Of a DNA stretch of 64,000 nt, positions 9,935-18,172 are shown one piece after another. The translations under genes and the position numbers were made by a program. Position 1 is the stretch's first letter. Each line of letters starts with the position of its first letter. Origin of the DNA: an uncultured delta proteobacterium (lineage in GTDB: Bacteria; Myxococcota_A; Polyangia; Polyangiales; Polyangiaceae); assembly GCA_963841435.1 (NCBI GenBank), contig CAWJCS010000003.1, forward strand, positions 1,056,001-1,120,000, written 5' to 3'. Under the pieces are notes generated by a model. The model made no database searches. It saw only the letters and a program-made list of their open reading frames with translations, and was not told where the DNA came from.

Positions 9935-11062
9935 ATGCCCATCGAAATCCGCGAGATCCCCATCGGCGGACGCGTCGAAGGCTTCCTCGACCTGGTGGAC
10001 TACGTGTACCGGGACGACCCCTGTTACGTGCGCCCCCTCGATCTGGACATGAAGCAGCGCCTCGGCAAAAAGCACCCGTTCTTCGACCACGCCGAAGGCA
10101 CGCTATTCACCGCGCACCGCAACGGCTGGTGCGTCGGCCGCGCGAGCGCGCAGATCGACCGTGAGCACCTTGCCCTCCACAAGGACGACGCCGGATTCTT
10201 CGGCTTCTTCGACACGATCGACGACGAAGAAGTCGCAACTGGCCTCCTCGACGCCGCGGCGCGCTGGCTCAAGGCGCGCGGTATGAAGCGCATGCGCGGC
10301 CCGTTCTCGTTTTCGATCAACGAAGAGCTCGGCTGCCTCGTGGAGGGTTTCGACACCCCACCCATGATCATGATGCAGCACCACCGACCCTACCAGGGCG
10401 GGCTCATCGAGGGCGCCGGCCTGAAGCGGCTCAAGGATTTCTACGCCTGGCGTTACACCGTCGGCAAGGTGCCGCCTCGCGCCCAGAAAGCCCACGACGA
10501 AATCGAGGCGATGCCAAACGTGACATCGCGTCACATCGACATGAAGAACCTCGATGCCGACGTCCACACGGTGATGGACATCTTCAACGACGCCTGGCAG
10601 GACAACTGGAGCTTCGTCCCGTTCACCGAAAGCGAGCTGCAAAAGCTCGCGGCCGATCTACGCATGATCGCGATTCCGGCGCTCAGCTACATCACACAAG
10701 TGGATGGCGAGCCGGCCGCGGTGGCCGTGGCGCTGCCGAACCTCAACGAGCTCATCAAGGACCTGCACGGCAGCCTGTTCCCGGTCGGGCTTCCCAAGCT
10801 GCTCTGGCGACTGAAGGTCGTCGGGCCGAAGACCGCGCGCCTGATCATCCTCGGTATCAAGCGAAAGTTCCGCAGCCAGCGAAAGTACGCCGGGCTCAGC
10901 ACGTACCTCTACACGAAGATGAACCACACCGGTCGTGACCTCGGCTTCGAGTGGGGCGAGCTTTCCTGGACCGACGAGGACAACGGCCCCGTGAACGTGG
11001 CGATCAAGTTCATGGGCGGCAAGATCTACAAGCGGTACCGTGTCTACGAGCGCGAGCTCTGA
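9935..11062 (+). CDS. GNAT-fold N-acyltransferase, bacterial ceramide synthase (bCerS)-like
   Basis: GFFGFFDTIDD, RGPFSFSINEELGCLVEGF, IFNDAWQDNWSFVP, ELSWTDEDN, YKRYRVYE; adjacent to Spt. Confidence 0.75.
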   Translation: MPIEIREIPIGGRVEGFLDLVDYVYRDDPCYVRPLDLDMKQRLGKKHPFFDHAEGTLFTAHRNGWCVGRASAQIDREHLALHKDDAGFFGFFDTIDDEEVATGLLDAAARWLKARGMKRMRGPFSFSINEELGCLVEGFDTPPMIMMQHHRPYQGGLIEGAGLKRLKDFYAWRYTVGKVPPRAQKAHDEIEAMPNVTSRHIDMKNLDADVHTVMDIFNDAWQDNWSFVPFTESELQKLAADLRMIAIPALSYITQVDGEPAAVAVALPNLNELIKDLHGSLFPVGLPKLLWRLKVVGPKTARLIILGIKRKFRSQRKYAGLSTYLYTKMNHTGRDLGFEWGELSWTDEDNGPVNVAIKFMGGKIYKRYRVYEREL

Positions 11063-12043
11063 ATGACGGTCCTCGTTACGGGTGCCACGGGCTTTCTGGG
11101 CTCGCACGTCGTGGAGCAGCTCGCGCGCTCCGGGCGCGCGGTTCGAGCGCTCGCGCGAAAGACGAGCGATACGCGGTTTCTGGTCTCGCTGGGCGTGGAG
11201 ATCGCCGAGGGCGCCATCGAGGATCGTGACGCCGTGGCGCGCGCCGCCCGCGGCGTCACCGGCATCGTGCACGCGGCGGGCCTCGTCAAGGCGAGGTCAC
11301 CCGAAGAGTTCATGCGGACCAACCACGGCGGCACGCAAAACCTGCTCGAAGCCGCGCTCGAGGAGCCGGCGCTCGAGCGTTTCGTGCTGGTCTCGAGCCT
11401 ATCCGCGCTGCGCCCGAGCGACGGCAGCGGCACCCCCATCCCCGAAGATGCCGAGCCCCACCCCGTCACCGAGTACGGCAAGAGTAAGCTCGCGGCGGAG
11501 CACGCCGCGCGCGCGCTCGAAGGCCGCATCCCGATCACGATCGTGCGACCGCCCGCGATCTACGGCCCGCGCGACCGCGAGATCCTCGCGTTCTTCAAAT
11601 CGATGAAGCTCGGCATTTTGCCGCTGCTCGGCTCGACCCAGAACAAGCTCAGCATGATCTACGGCAGCGACTGCGCCGCGGCTTGCATCGCAGCGCTCGC
11701 AGCGCGACTACCGAGCGGAACGGCGCTGCACGTCGACGACGGCCAGGTGCACACCATGCAGGAGCTCATCGAGCGAGCGGAAGCCGCCATGGGCTCGCGC
11801 GCGCGCTTGAGATTCCATCTACCGCGCCGGCTCGTCGAAACGGCGGCGCTCGGCGCCGAGCTCTACGGGCGTGCGACGAACCGCGCCGTCATGCTCACTC
11901 GCGACAAATGCAACGAGCTCTTCGAGCAGTGGGTCTGTGACGGCGCGCGAGCCAGGGGGCTGCTCGGCTGGCAACCCGAAGTTCGCTTCGCGGACGGCAT
12001 CGAGCGGACCGTGCGCTGGTACCGAGAAGCGGGCTGGCTGTAG
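11063..12043 (+). CDS. NAD-dependent epimerase/dehydratase (extended SDR), candidate ceramide reductase CerR
   Basis: TGATGFLG, YGKSK catalytic motif, RPPAIYGP; starts immediately after the bCerS-like stop. Confidence 0.75.
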   Translation: MTVLVTGATGFLGSHVVEQLARSGRAVRALARKTSDTRFLVSLGVEIAEGAIEDRDAVARAARGVTGIVHAAGLVKARSPEEFMRTNHGGTQNLLEAALEEPALERFVLVSSLSALRPSDGSGTPIPEDAEPHPVTEYGKSKLAAEHAARALEGRIPITIVRPPAIYGPRDREILAFFKSMKLGILPLLGSTQNKLSMIYGSDCAAACIAALAARLPSGTALHVDDGQVHTMQELIERAEAAMGSRARLRFHLPRRLVETAALGAELYGRATNRAVMLTRDKCNELFEQWVCDGARARGLLGWQPEVRFADGIERTVRWYREAGWL

Positions 12044-12145
12044 CGCCCGACCGGCCCCGCAGCCGCGTTCCACCGTTGCTGGACCGCGAATGCCAAACGA
12101 GAAACGTTTGACTCTGAAGGATCCCCGGGGGAGCTACTTTCGCAT

Positions 12146-12178
12146 CCGTCACCAGCTCGTCACGCGTCCGTCACGCAT
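12146..12178 (+). promoter_or_regulatory. Pho-box-like site: three 11-bp-periodic direct repeats
   Basis: CCGTCAC (12146), TCGTCAC (12157), CCGTCAC (12168), exactly 11 bp apart, just upstream of the phoU-pst operon. Confidence 0.75.
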
Positions 12179-12216
12179 TGACGGTGGAAGTAAGCGAAAA
12201 GGACCGCTGCGCCGCC

Positions 12217-13308
12217 ATGACACACTTCGAAGAGACCCTCGAGCGTGACGCGGCGCGCATTCGGCGCAAGATGCAGGAGATGGCCGGCCTGTGCGGCATG
12301 GCGCTCGAAGGCTGCCTGAAGGCGCTCGCGGAGAAAAATCGCCAGCTTGCCTACTCGGTCATCATGCGCGACCAGCGCATCGACGAGCTGGAAAAGGAAA
12401 TCGACAGGCTTTGCCTCGAGTTCATCGTGCGCCAACAACCGGTCGCCGGCACGCTGCGTTTCGTGTACGCAACGATCAAGGTGAACTCGGAGCTCGAGCG
12501 CGTCGGCGACTACGCCGAAAGCATGGCCCGGCAAATCCTCTTGCTCTCGGAGCTCGACGTGCGGGTTCCCATCGAGCGCTTCCGGGAGATTGCGGGGCTC
12601 GCGATCCCCATGTTCCACGGCGCCGTCGAAGCGTTCCTCGCCCAAGACCCCGATCGGGCTCGTCGCACGATGGAGAGCGAGGAACCGGTCGATCGACTGC
12701 GCCATGACCTGAGCAGCGATCTCATCCAGATGCGCCAGGACCAGGAAATTCCGCTCGAGGCGCTCGCGCCGCTGATGGCAATCGTCAACCGCTTCGAGCG
12801 GGTCGCCGATCAGGCGAAGAGCATCTGTCAGGAAGCAATCTACGTGAGCACGGGGGAGTACCTGAAGCACTCGGGTAGCGAGGTCTTTCGTGTGCTGTTC
12901 GTCGACGAGCACAATGCCTGTCGCAGTCAAATGGCGGAGGCCGTCGGTATCGCGCTCGGGCAGCCGAAGTTCGTGTTCACGAGCGCAGGGCTCGACCGCG
13001 AGCCAGTCGACCCCGGCACCATCAGGATCCTCACGGAACACGGCATCGACGTTTCACATCTCACGGCGAAAACCGTCGCCCAGGTGCCGCACCTCGACCA
13101 CTACCAAATCATCGTGGCGCTCGCAAAAGAGGCCCGACGCGTGTTTCCGCCGCCTCCGACCAAGGCCGTGTGCCTCGACTGGAGTATGCCGGATCCCTCC
13201 AAGTTGGGGGGCACGCCCGAGCAGGTTCGCGAAGCCTACGACCGAACGTACAAGGCCCTGGAAGGCTATGTCCGAGACCTCGTGGAGGCCGTCCTCGGCG
13301 ACGGCTAG
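12217..13308 (+). CDS. phoU: Phosphate signalling protein PhoU fused to an ArsC/LMW-PTP-like domain lacking the catalytic Cys
   Basis: Two PhoU repeats (DQRIDELE...QQPVAGTLR...ELERVGD; RFERVADQAKSI) then VLFVDEHNACRSQMAEA, SAG and WSMPDP. Confidence 0.9.
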   Translation: MTHFEETLERDAARIRRKMQEMAGLCGMALEGCLKALAEKNRQLAYSVIMRDQRIDELEKEIDRLCLEFIVRQQPVAGTLRFVYATIKVNSELERVGDYAESMARQILLLSELDVRVPIERFREIAGLAIPMFHGAVEAFLAQDPDRARRTMESEEPVDRLRHDLSSDLIQMRQDQEIPLEALAPLMAIVNRFERVADQAKSICQEAIYVSTGEYLKHSGSEVFRVLFVDEHNACRSQMAEAVGIALGQPKFVFTSAGLDREPVDPGTIRILTEHGIDVSHLTAKTVAQVPHLDHYQIIVALAKEARRVFPPPPTKAVCLDWSMPDPSKLGGTPEQVREAYDRTYKALEGYVRDLVEAVLGDG

Positions 13309-13321
13309 TGAAGGAAGAACC

Positions 13322-14269
13322 ATGACTAAGCAAACTTGGATTCTTGCCGCCTCGCGCGGCCTGCCGCTGGCGCGCCGCGCCGTCACCCTGGGCATCGTGG
13401 CGTTGTTGGCGGGCGGAGCCTGCAAGAAGAAGGCGGACACTTCTCAGGAAAGCGCTGGGGCGACCCCGGACAAGCTCTCGGTCCAGAACATCGGGTCCGA
13501 CACCATGGTGAATCTCGCCCAGGCCTGGGCGGAGGAGTACGCGAAGGTGGAGCCGAACGTCTCCGTCGAGGTCTCCGGTGGCGGCTCCGGCGTCGGGATC
13601 GCTGCGCTCATCAACAAGACAGCCGACATTGCCAATGCGAGCCGCAAGATGGAGCCCGAAGAGATGGAGAAGGCCAAGGCGAACGTCGGGGCGATGCCGA
13701 CGGAATTCTTGGTGGGCTACGACGGGCTCGCGGTCTACGTGAACAAGGACAACCCGCTCGATAGCATCAGCATCGAGGAGCTCGGCGGCATCTATCGTGA
13801 GGGCGGCACGATTTCACACTGGGCGCAGGTCGGCGTCGCAGGCATCCCCGGCTCGAAAAGCGACGACATCATCCGCATCAGCCGCCAGAACAACTCGGGC
13901 ACGTATGCGTATTTTCGCGAAACCGTCGTCGGCAAGGGGCATGACTACAAGCCTGGGTCTCTCGACATGAACGGCTCGAAGGACGTCGTCGAGCAGGTGG
14001 CGAAGACCCCCGGCGCCATCGGCTACGCCGGTCTCGGCTATGCGACGCACGAGGTGAAAATCCTCAAGGTTTCCGCGAAGAAAGGCGAACCCGGCGTGCT
14101 GCCGAGCATCGCCACCGTGCACGACAAGAGCTATCCGATCTCCCGACCGATGTTCATGTACACGCCGGGGGCACCCGCGCCACACGTCAGGAAGTACATC
14201 GAGTGGACCATGTCACCCGCTGGTCAGAAGATCGTGGAGGAGACGGGGTACGTCCCGCTGCTGCGGTAG
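13322..14269 (+). CDS. pstS: Phosphate ABC transporter substrate-binding lipoprotein
   Basis: Signal ending AGGAC; GSDTM, GGGSGVG, SRQNNSGTY, YPISRP. Confidence 0.93.
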   Translation: MTKQTWILAASRGLPLARRAVTLGIVALLAGGACKKKADTSQESAGATPDKLSVQNIGSDTMVNLAQAWAEEYAKVEPNVSVEVSGGGSGVGIAALINKTADIANASRKMEPEEMEKAKANVGAMPTEFLVGYDGLAVYVNKDNPLDSISIEELGGIYREGGTISHWAQVGVAGIPGSKSDDIIRISRQNNSGTYAYFRETVVGKGHDYKPGSLDMNGSKDVVEQVAKTPGAIGYAGLGYATHEVKILKVSAKKGEPGVLPSIATVHDKSYPISRPMFMYTPGAPAPHVRKYIEWTMSPAGQKIVEETGYVPLLR

Positions 14270-14275
14270 GCCACC

Positions 14276-15244
14276 ATGGAGGAACGCGTCGTGGATGTGT
14301 CCCCTCAGTCGGCCCCGGGTGCTAGCTCGGTAGCCGTGCGCCCGCGCCCCCACGTGCGGCGACGGCCGTGGGAGCAGCCACTCGAGATCGGCCTCGAGTG
14401 GCTGATTCGCGTGTGCGGCGTCAGCGCCATCCTCTTCGTCTTCAGCATCTTCTTCTTCGTCTTCCGTGAAGGCGTCGGCATGCTGTTCGGCGGGCTCGAC
14501 CTCACGCAGTTCTTCTTCTCCACCGAGTGGTACCCGACGTCGGTGAGGCACGTCCGCTACGGCGCGCTCGCTCTGATCGTCGGAACCTTCAGCGTTACGT
14601 CGCTCGCGATGTTCATCGCCGTGCCGTTCGGGCTCGGCGGAGCCGTGTTCGTCTCCGAGTTCTGCGGCCCGCGCCTGCGCGAGACACTGAAGATCGTCAT
14701 CGAGCTCCTCGCCGCCATTCCCTCGGTGGTCTGGGGCTTCATCGGGCTCTCGGTCATGAATCCCCTGATTCAGGAGCTCTTCCACGTACCCGTGGGGCTC
14801 AACGTGCTGAACGGTGCGCTCCTGCTCGCTCTGATGAGCGTTCCCATCATGGTGAGCATCGGCGAGGACGCGCTCAAGGCCGTGCCCGATTCGTATCGCG
14901 AGGCTGCGCTCGCGATGGGCGCCACGCGCTGGCAGGCCGTCTACCGCGTGCTCCTGCCAGCGGCGCGCAATGGCCTGCTCGCCGCCGTCCTGCTCGGCGT
15001 CGGGCGCGCCGTCGGCGAGACCATGGCCGTCCTGATGGCGACCGGGCACGCCATCAACATCCCGAAGAGCATCTTCGATCCGGTCCGGACCCTCACCGCC
15101 ACCATCGCCGCCGAGCTCGGCGAGGCGTCCGTGGGCTCCGCACACTACCAGGTGCTGTTCGTCATCGGCATCCTGCTTTTCACCATCACTTTCGTCGTGA
15201 ATCTCGTCGCCGACCTCGTGGTCAAGGGCACGGGCAAGGAATAG
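14276..15244 (+). CDS. pstC: Phosphate ABC transporter permease
   Basis: IELLAAIPSVVWG, REAALAMGATRW, GRAVGETMAV. Confidence 0.95.
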   Translation: MEERVVDVSPQSAPGASSVAVRPRPHVRRRPWEQPLEIGLEWLIRVCGVSAILFVFSIFFFVFREGVGMLFGGLDLTQFFFSTEWYPTSVRHVRYGALALIVGTFSVTSLAMFIAVPFGLGGAVFVSEFCGPRLRETLKIVIELLAAIPSVVWGFIGLSVMNPLIQELFHVPVGLNVLNGALLLALMSVPIMVSIGEDALKAVPDSYREAALAMGATRWQAVYRVLLPAARNGLLAAVLLGVGRAVGETMAVLMATGHAINIPKSIFDPVRTLTATIAAELGEASVGSAHYQVLFVIGILLFTITFVVNLVADLVVKGTGKE

Positions 15245-15247
15245 CGC

Positions 15248-16132
15248 GTGTTCACCGAGACTCCCCACATCAAGAGGAAACGCCGCGAGGAGCGGCTGAT
15301 GCACGTCATCCTCGGCCTGATGGCGGGCGCCATGGTCGTGCCGCTCGTGGTCATCGTCACCTACCTCCTCGTGCAGGCGTGGCCGCTCCTGTCGCTCGAT
15401 TTTCTGCTGACGAACCCGGCGGGAGGCATGCGCCGAGGCGGCATCTGGTCCGCGCTGCTCGGCACCTTCTACCTGGTGACGACGTCGCTCTTGATCGCGG
15501 CGCCCATCGGCGTGCTCGCTGCCGTCTACCTGAACGAGTACGCGAAGAAGAACGTCTTCACGCGCATCATCAACCTCGCCGTCGTGAACCTCGCGGGGGT
15601 GCCCAGTATCGTTCACGCCCTGTTCGGGCTCGGCGCGTTCGTGCTCTTCGCGGGCATCGGCCGCTCGATCCTCGCGGCCTCGCTCACGCTGGCGATCATG
15701 ACGTTGCCCGTGATCATCGCCAGCACGAAGGAGGCGCTTTCCTCCGTCCCCATGTCGTTCCGTGAGGCCTGCTGGAACGTGGGGGCGACGCGCTGGCAGA
15801 CGATCCGCGGCATCGTCCTGCCGAATTCGATCAGCGGGATCCTCACGGGCGTCATCCTGCAGGTGTCGCGCACGGCAGGTGAAACGGCTCCCATCATGTT
15901 CACCGGCGCCGTTTTCTTCAAGAAGATCCCGGAGGGTGACCTCTTTGCCTACAACCTGACGGATCAGTGCATGGCCCTCTCCATGCATTTGTTCACGATC
16001 ACGACCCAGGTCACGGAGGCGCCCCACGCGCTTCCCTATGCCACCGCCGTCGTGCTGCTCGGCGCCGTGTTGCTCGTCAACGCCGCGGCCATCTTGGTGC
16101 GAGTCAAGCTGCGCGCGAGGAAGAAGTGGTAG
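15248..16132 (+). CDS. pstA: Phosphate ABC transporter permease
   Basis: AVYLNEY, LAGVPSIVHALFG, SRTAGETAP. Confidence 0.95.
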   Translation: MFTETPHIKRKRREERLMHVILGLMAGAMVVPLVVIVTYLLVQAWPLLSLDFLLTNPAGGMRRGGIWSALLGTFYLVTTSLLIAAPIGVLAAVYLNEYAKKNVFTRIINLAVVNLAGVPSIVHALFGLGAFVLFAGIGRSILAASLTLAIMTLPVIIASTKEALSSVPMSFREACWNVGATRWQTIRGIVLPNSISGILTGVILQVSRTAGETAPIMFTGAVFFKKIPEGDLFAYNLTDQCMALSMHLFTITTQVTEAPHALPYATAVVLLGAVLLVNAAAILVRVKLRARKKW

Positions 16133-16905
16133 AAGCCGCCCCCGCTCACGGGCGCGCGAAGATCGCGGTGAGCGATCTTCGCCTGAGATACGGGGACCGA
16201 GAGGTGATTCACGGCATCTCGTTCGACGTCGAACCGAACGAGATTTTCGCCGTCATTGGACCCGCCCAATCCGGCAAGAGCTCGCTTTTGCGGTGCTTGA
16301 ATCGGACCATCGAGTTCGAGCCCGAGGCGCGGGCCTCGGGCTCGATCCGCATCGACGGTCTCGACGTCTCCATGGTGAAGAACGTCTACGAGCTCCGGCG
16401 CCGCGTGGGCATGGTGGCTCCGCTGCCCGTCGGCTTGCCCCTCAGCATTTACGAGAACGTCGCGTTCGCGCCGAGGGCCTCCGGCCTACGCGACAAAGCC
16501 GAGCTCGACGCCCTGGTCGAACGCTGCCTCAGGCAGGCCGCGCTGTGGGACGAGGTGAAGGATCGACTGCATTCGCTCGGTACCAAGCTCTCCGGTGGGC
16601 AGCAGCAGCGGCTCACGATCGCGCGCGCGCTGTCGCACGAGCCCGAGATCCTGTGTCTCGACGAGTTCTCGATTGCCATCGATCCCGTGACCACGATGCG
16701 CATCGAAGAGGTCCTGAAAAAGCTCAAGCAGCAGATGACGATCGTGCTCGTCACCAATCTGGTCCAGCAGGCTCGCCGGCTCGCGAGCCACACCATGTTC
16801 CTGTGGAACGGCGAAATCATCGAGGTGGGGACGACCGATCTGTTGTTCTCGGACAAGCCGAAGGACCAGAGAACCTACGACTACGTGAACGGCATCTTCG
16901 GATGA
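16126..16905 (+). CDS. pstB: PstB-like ATPase 1 (degenerate Walker A, Q-loop and H-loop; intact LSGGQ)
   Basis: GPAQSGKS, GMVAPLP, LSGGQQQRL, LDEFSIAIDP, VTNLVQQA, TYDYVNGIFG. Confidence 0.88.
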   Translation: MVEAAPAHGRAKIAVSDLRLRYGDREVIHGISFDVEPNEIFAVIGPAQSGKSSLLRCLNRTIEFEPEARASGSIRIDGLDVSMVKNVYELRRRVGMVAPLPVGLPLSIYENVAFAPRASGLRDKAELDALVERCLRQAALWDEVKDRLHSLGTKLSGGQQQRLTIARALSHEPEILCLDEFSIAIDPVTTMRIEEVLKKLKQQMTIVLVTNLVQQARRLASHTMFLWNGEIIEVGTTDLLFSDKPKDQRTYDYVNGIFG

Positions 16906-17712
16906 TGGCGGCGCTACGTTCCACCGCGCCGCCGCCGGAGACGCTCGAGGGCGGCGGGATCGAGACCCGAGAGCTGTCGCTGTGGTACGCCGACTTTCAG
17001 GCGCTCCACGCCGTGACGCTCAGCATGAAGCGCGGCCTCATCACCTCGCTGATTGGTCCGTCGGGCTGCGGCAAGACCACGCTTCTACGCTGCTTCAACC
17101 GCGTCAACGAGCGCTACGGCTACGTGCGCACGACCGGCGAGATTCGCATCCTCGACAAGAATATCTACGACCCGGACGTTTCACTCGTCGAGCTCAGAAA
17201 GTCCGTGGGCATGGTGTTTCAGCGCCCGAACCCGTTGCCCATTTCCGTGTACGAGAACGTGGCGTTCGGGCTGCGCATCCACCATCCGCGCTCGGAGCTC
17301 AAGAAATCGCACGTCGACGAGGCCGTGGCCAAGGCGCTCACCGAGGTCGGTCTGTTCGACGACCTCAAGGACCGCCTGTCCAGCCGTGCCACCGACCTAC
17401 AGCTCGAACAGCAGCAGAAGCTCTGCATCGCGCGCCTCTTGCCGGTCCAGCCGAAAATCATCCTCATGGACGAGCCGTGCTCGGCGCTCGAACGTCGAGG
17501 GGACGCGCGCCATCGAGGAGCTGATGTGGACGTTGCGAGGCCGCTACACGATCGTCATCGTGACGCACAACATGGCCCAGGCGCGGCGCGCCAGCGACGA
17601 ATGCATCTTCATGTTGCTCGGCGAAATCATCGAGCACCGGCGCACCGAGGATCTGTTCCTGACGCCCTCGGACCCGCGCACGGCGGAGTACGTCGAAGGG
17701 CGCTACGGCTGA
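16902..17712 (+). CDS. pstB: PstB-like ATPase 2 (degenerate signature motif), frameshift at ~17491 (probable sequencing error)
   Basis: GPSGCGKT, GMVFQRPNP, LQLEQQQKL, MDEPCSAL; removing one A at 17491-17492 gives SALDVEGTRAIEE...VTHNMAQA...YVEGRYG*. Confidence 0.88.
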
Positions 17713-17746
17713 GCCGCTCGCGAAGCCGGCCGCAACGCCTCGATGC

Positions 17747-18172
17747 TCACTCTCGACCTGGAAGTTCCAGCGCCGCGCGACCCAGACGGGCGCGCAGCGC
17801 GTTGACGATACGAAGCACGCGGGGACGCGCGATGAGCCGGCGCTCGAGGCGCCGCTTGCCCGGAAAATCGAGCAGCACGATGCCGAGGACGATGGTGAGG
17901 ATCCCCTGCCCCGGCAGGATCAACATCAGAACCCCCGCGACGACGAGCACCGCTCCGAGCACGTTTTTCAGCACGCGCCGCGCCATCCCGAGCGGGCTCG
18001 CCGCGTCCGCCCGGGGCTCCTCGCGCACGAGGTAATTCGCGGGCAGCCGGGCGACAACGAGTGGCACGACGAGCGCGCCGAGCAAGAACGCCAGCCCCGA
18101 TAGCACGGCCAGGCCCTCGAGCCTCCCCGGGGTGAGGACGCTCCGAACGGCGACCAGGAGACGCTCGGGCAA
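17747..18172 (-). CDS. PGPGW-family small membrane protein
   Basis: KNVLGAVLVVAGVLMLILPGQGILTI motif. Confidence 0.75.
   Translation of the reverse strand: MPERLLVAVRSVLTPGRLEGLAVLSGLAFLLGALVVPLVVARLPANYLVREEPRADAASPLGMARRVLKNVLGAVLVVAGVLMLILPGQGILTIVLGIVLLDFPGKRRLERRLIARPRVLRIVNALRARLGRAALELPGRE

Noticed and set aside
16902-17712. pstB2 and the other frameshifted genes as true pseudogenes or programmed frameshifts
   Set aside because: Both halves are otherwise intact, there are no slippery runs, and the indels share one sequence context
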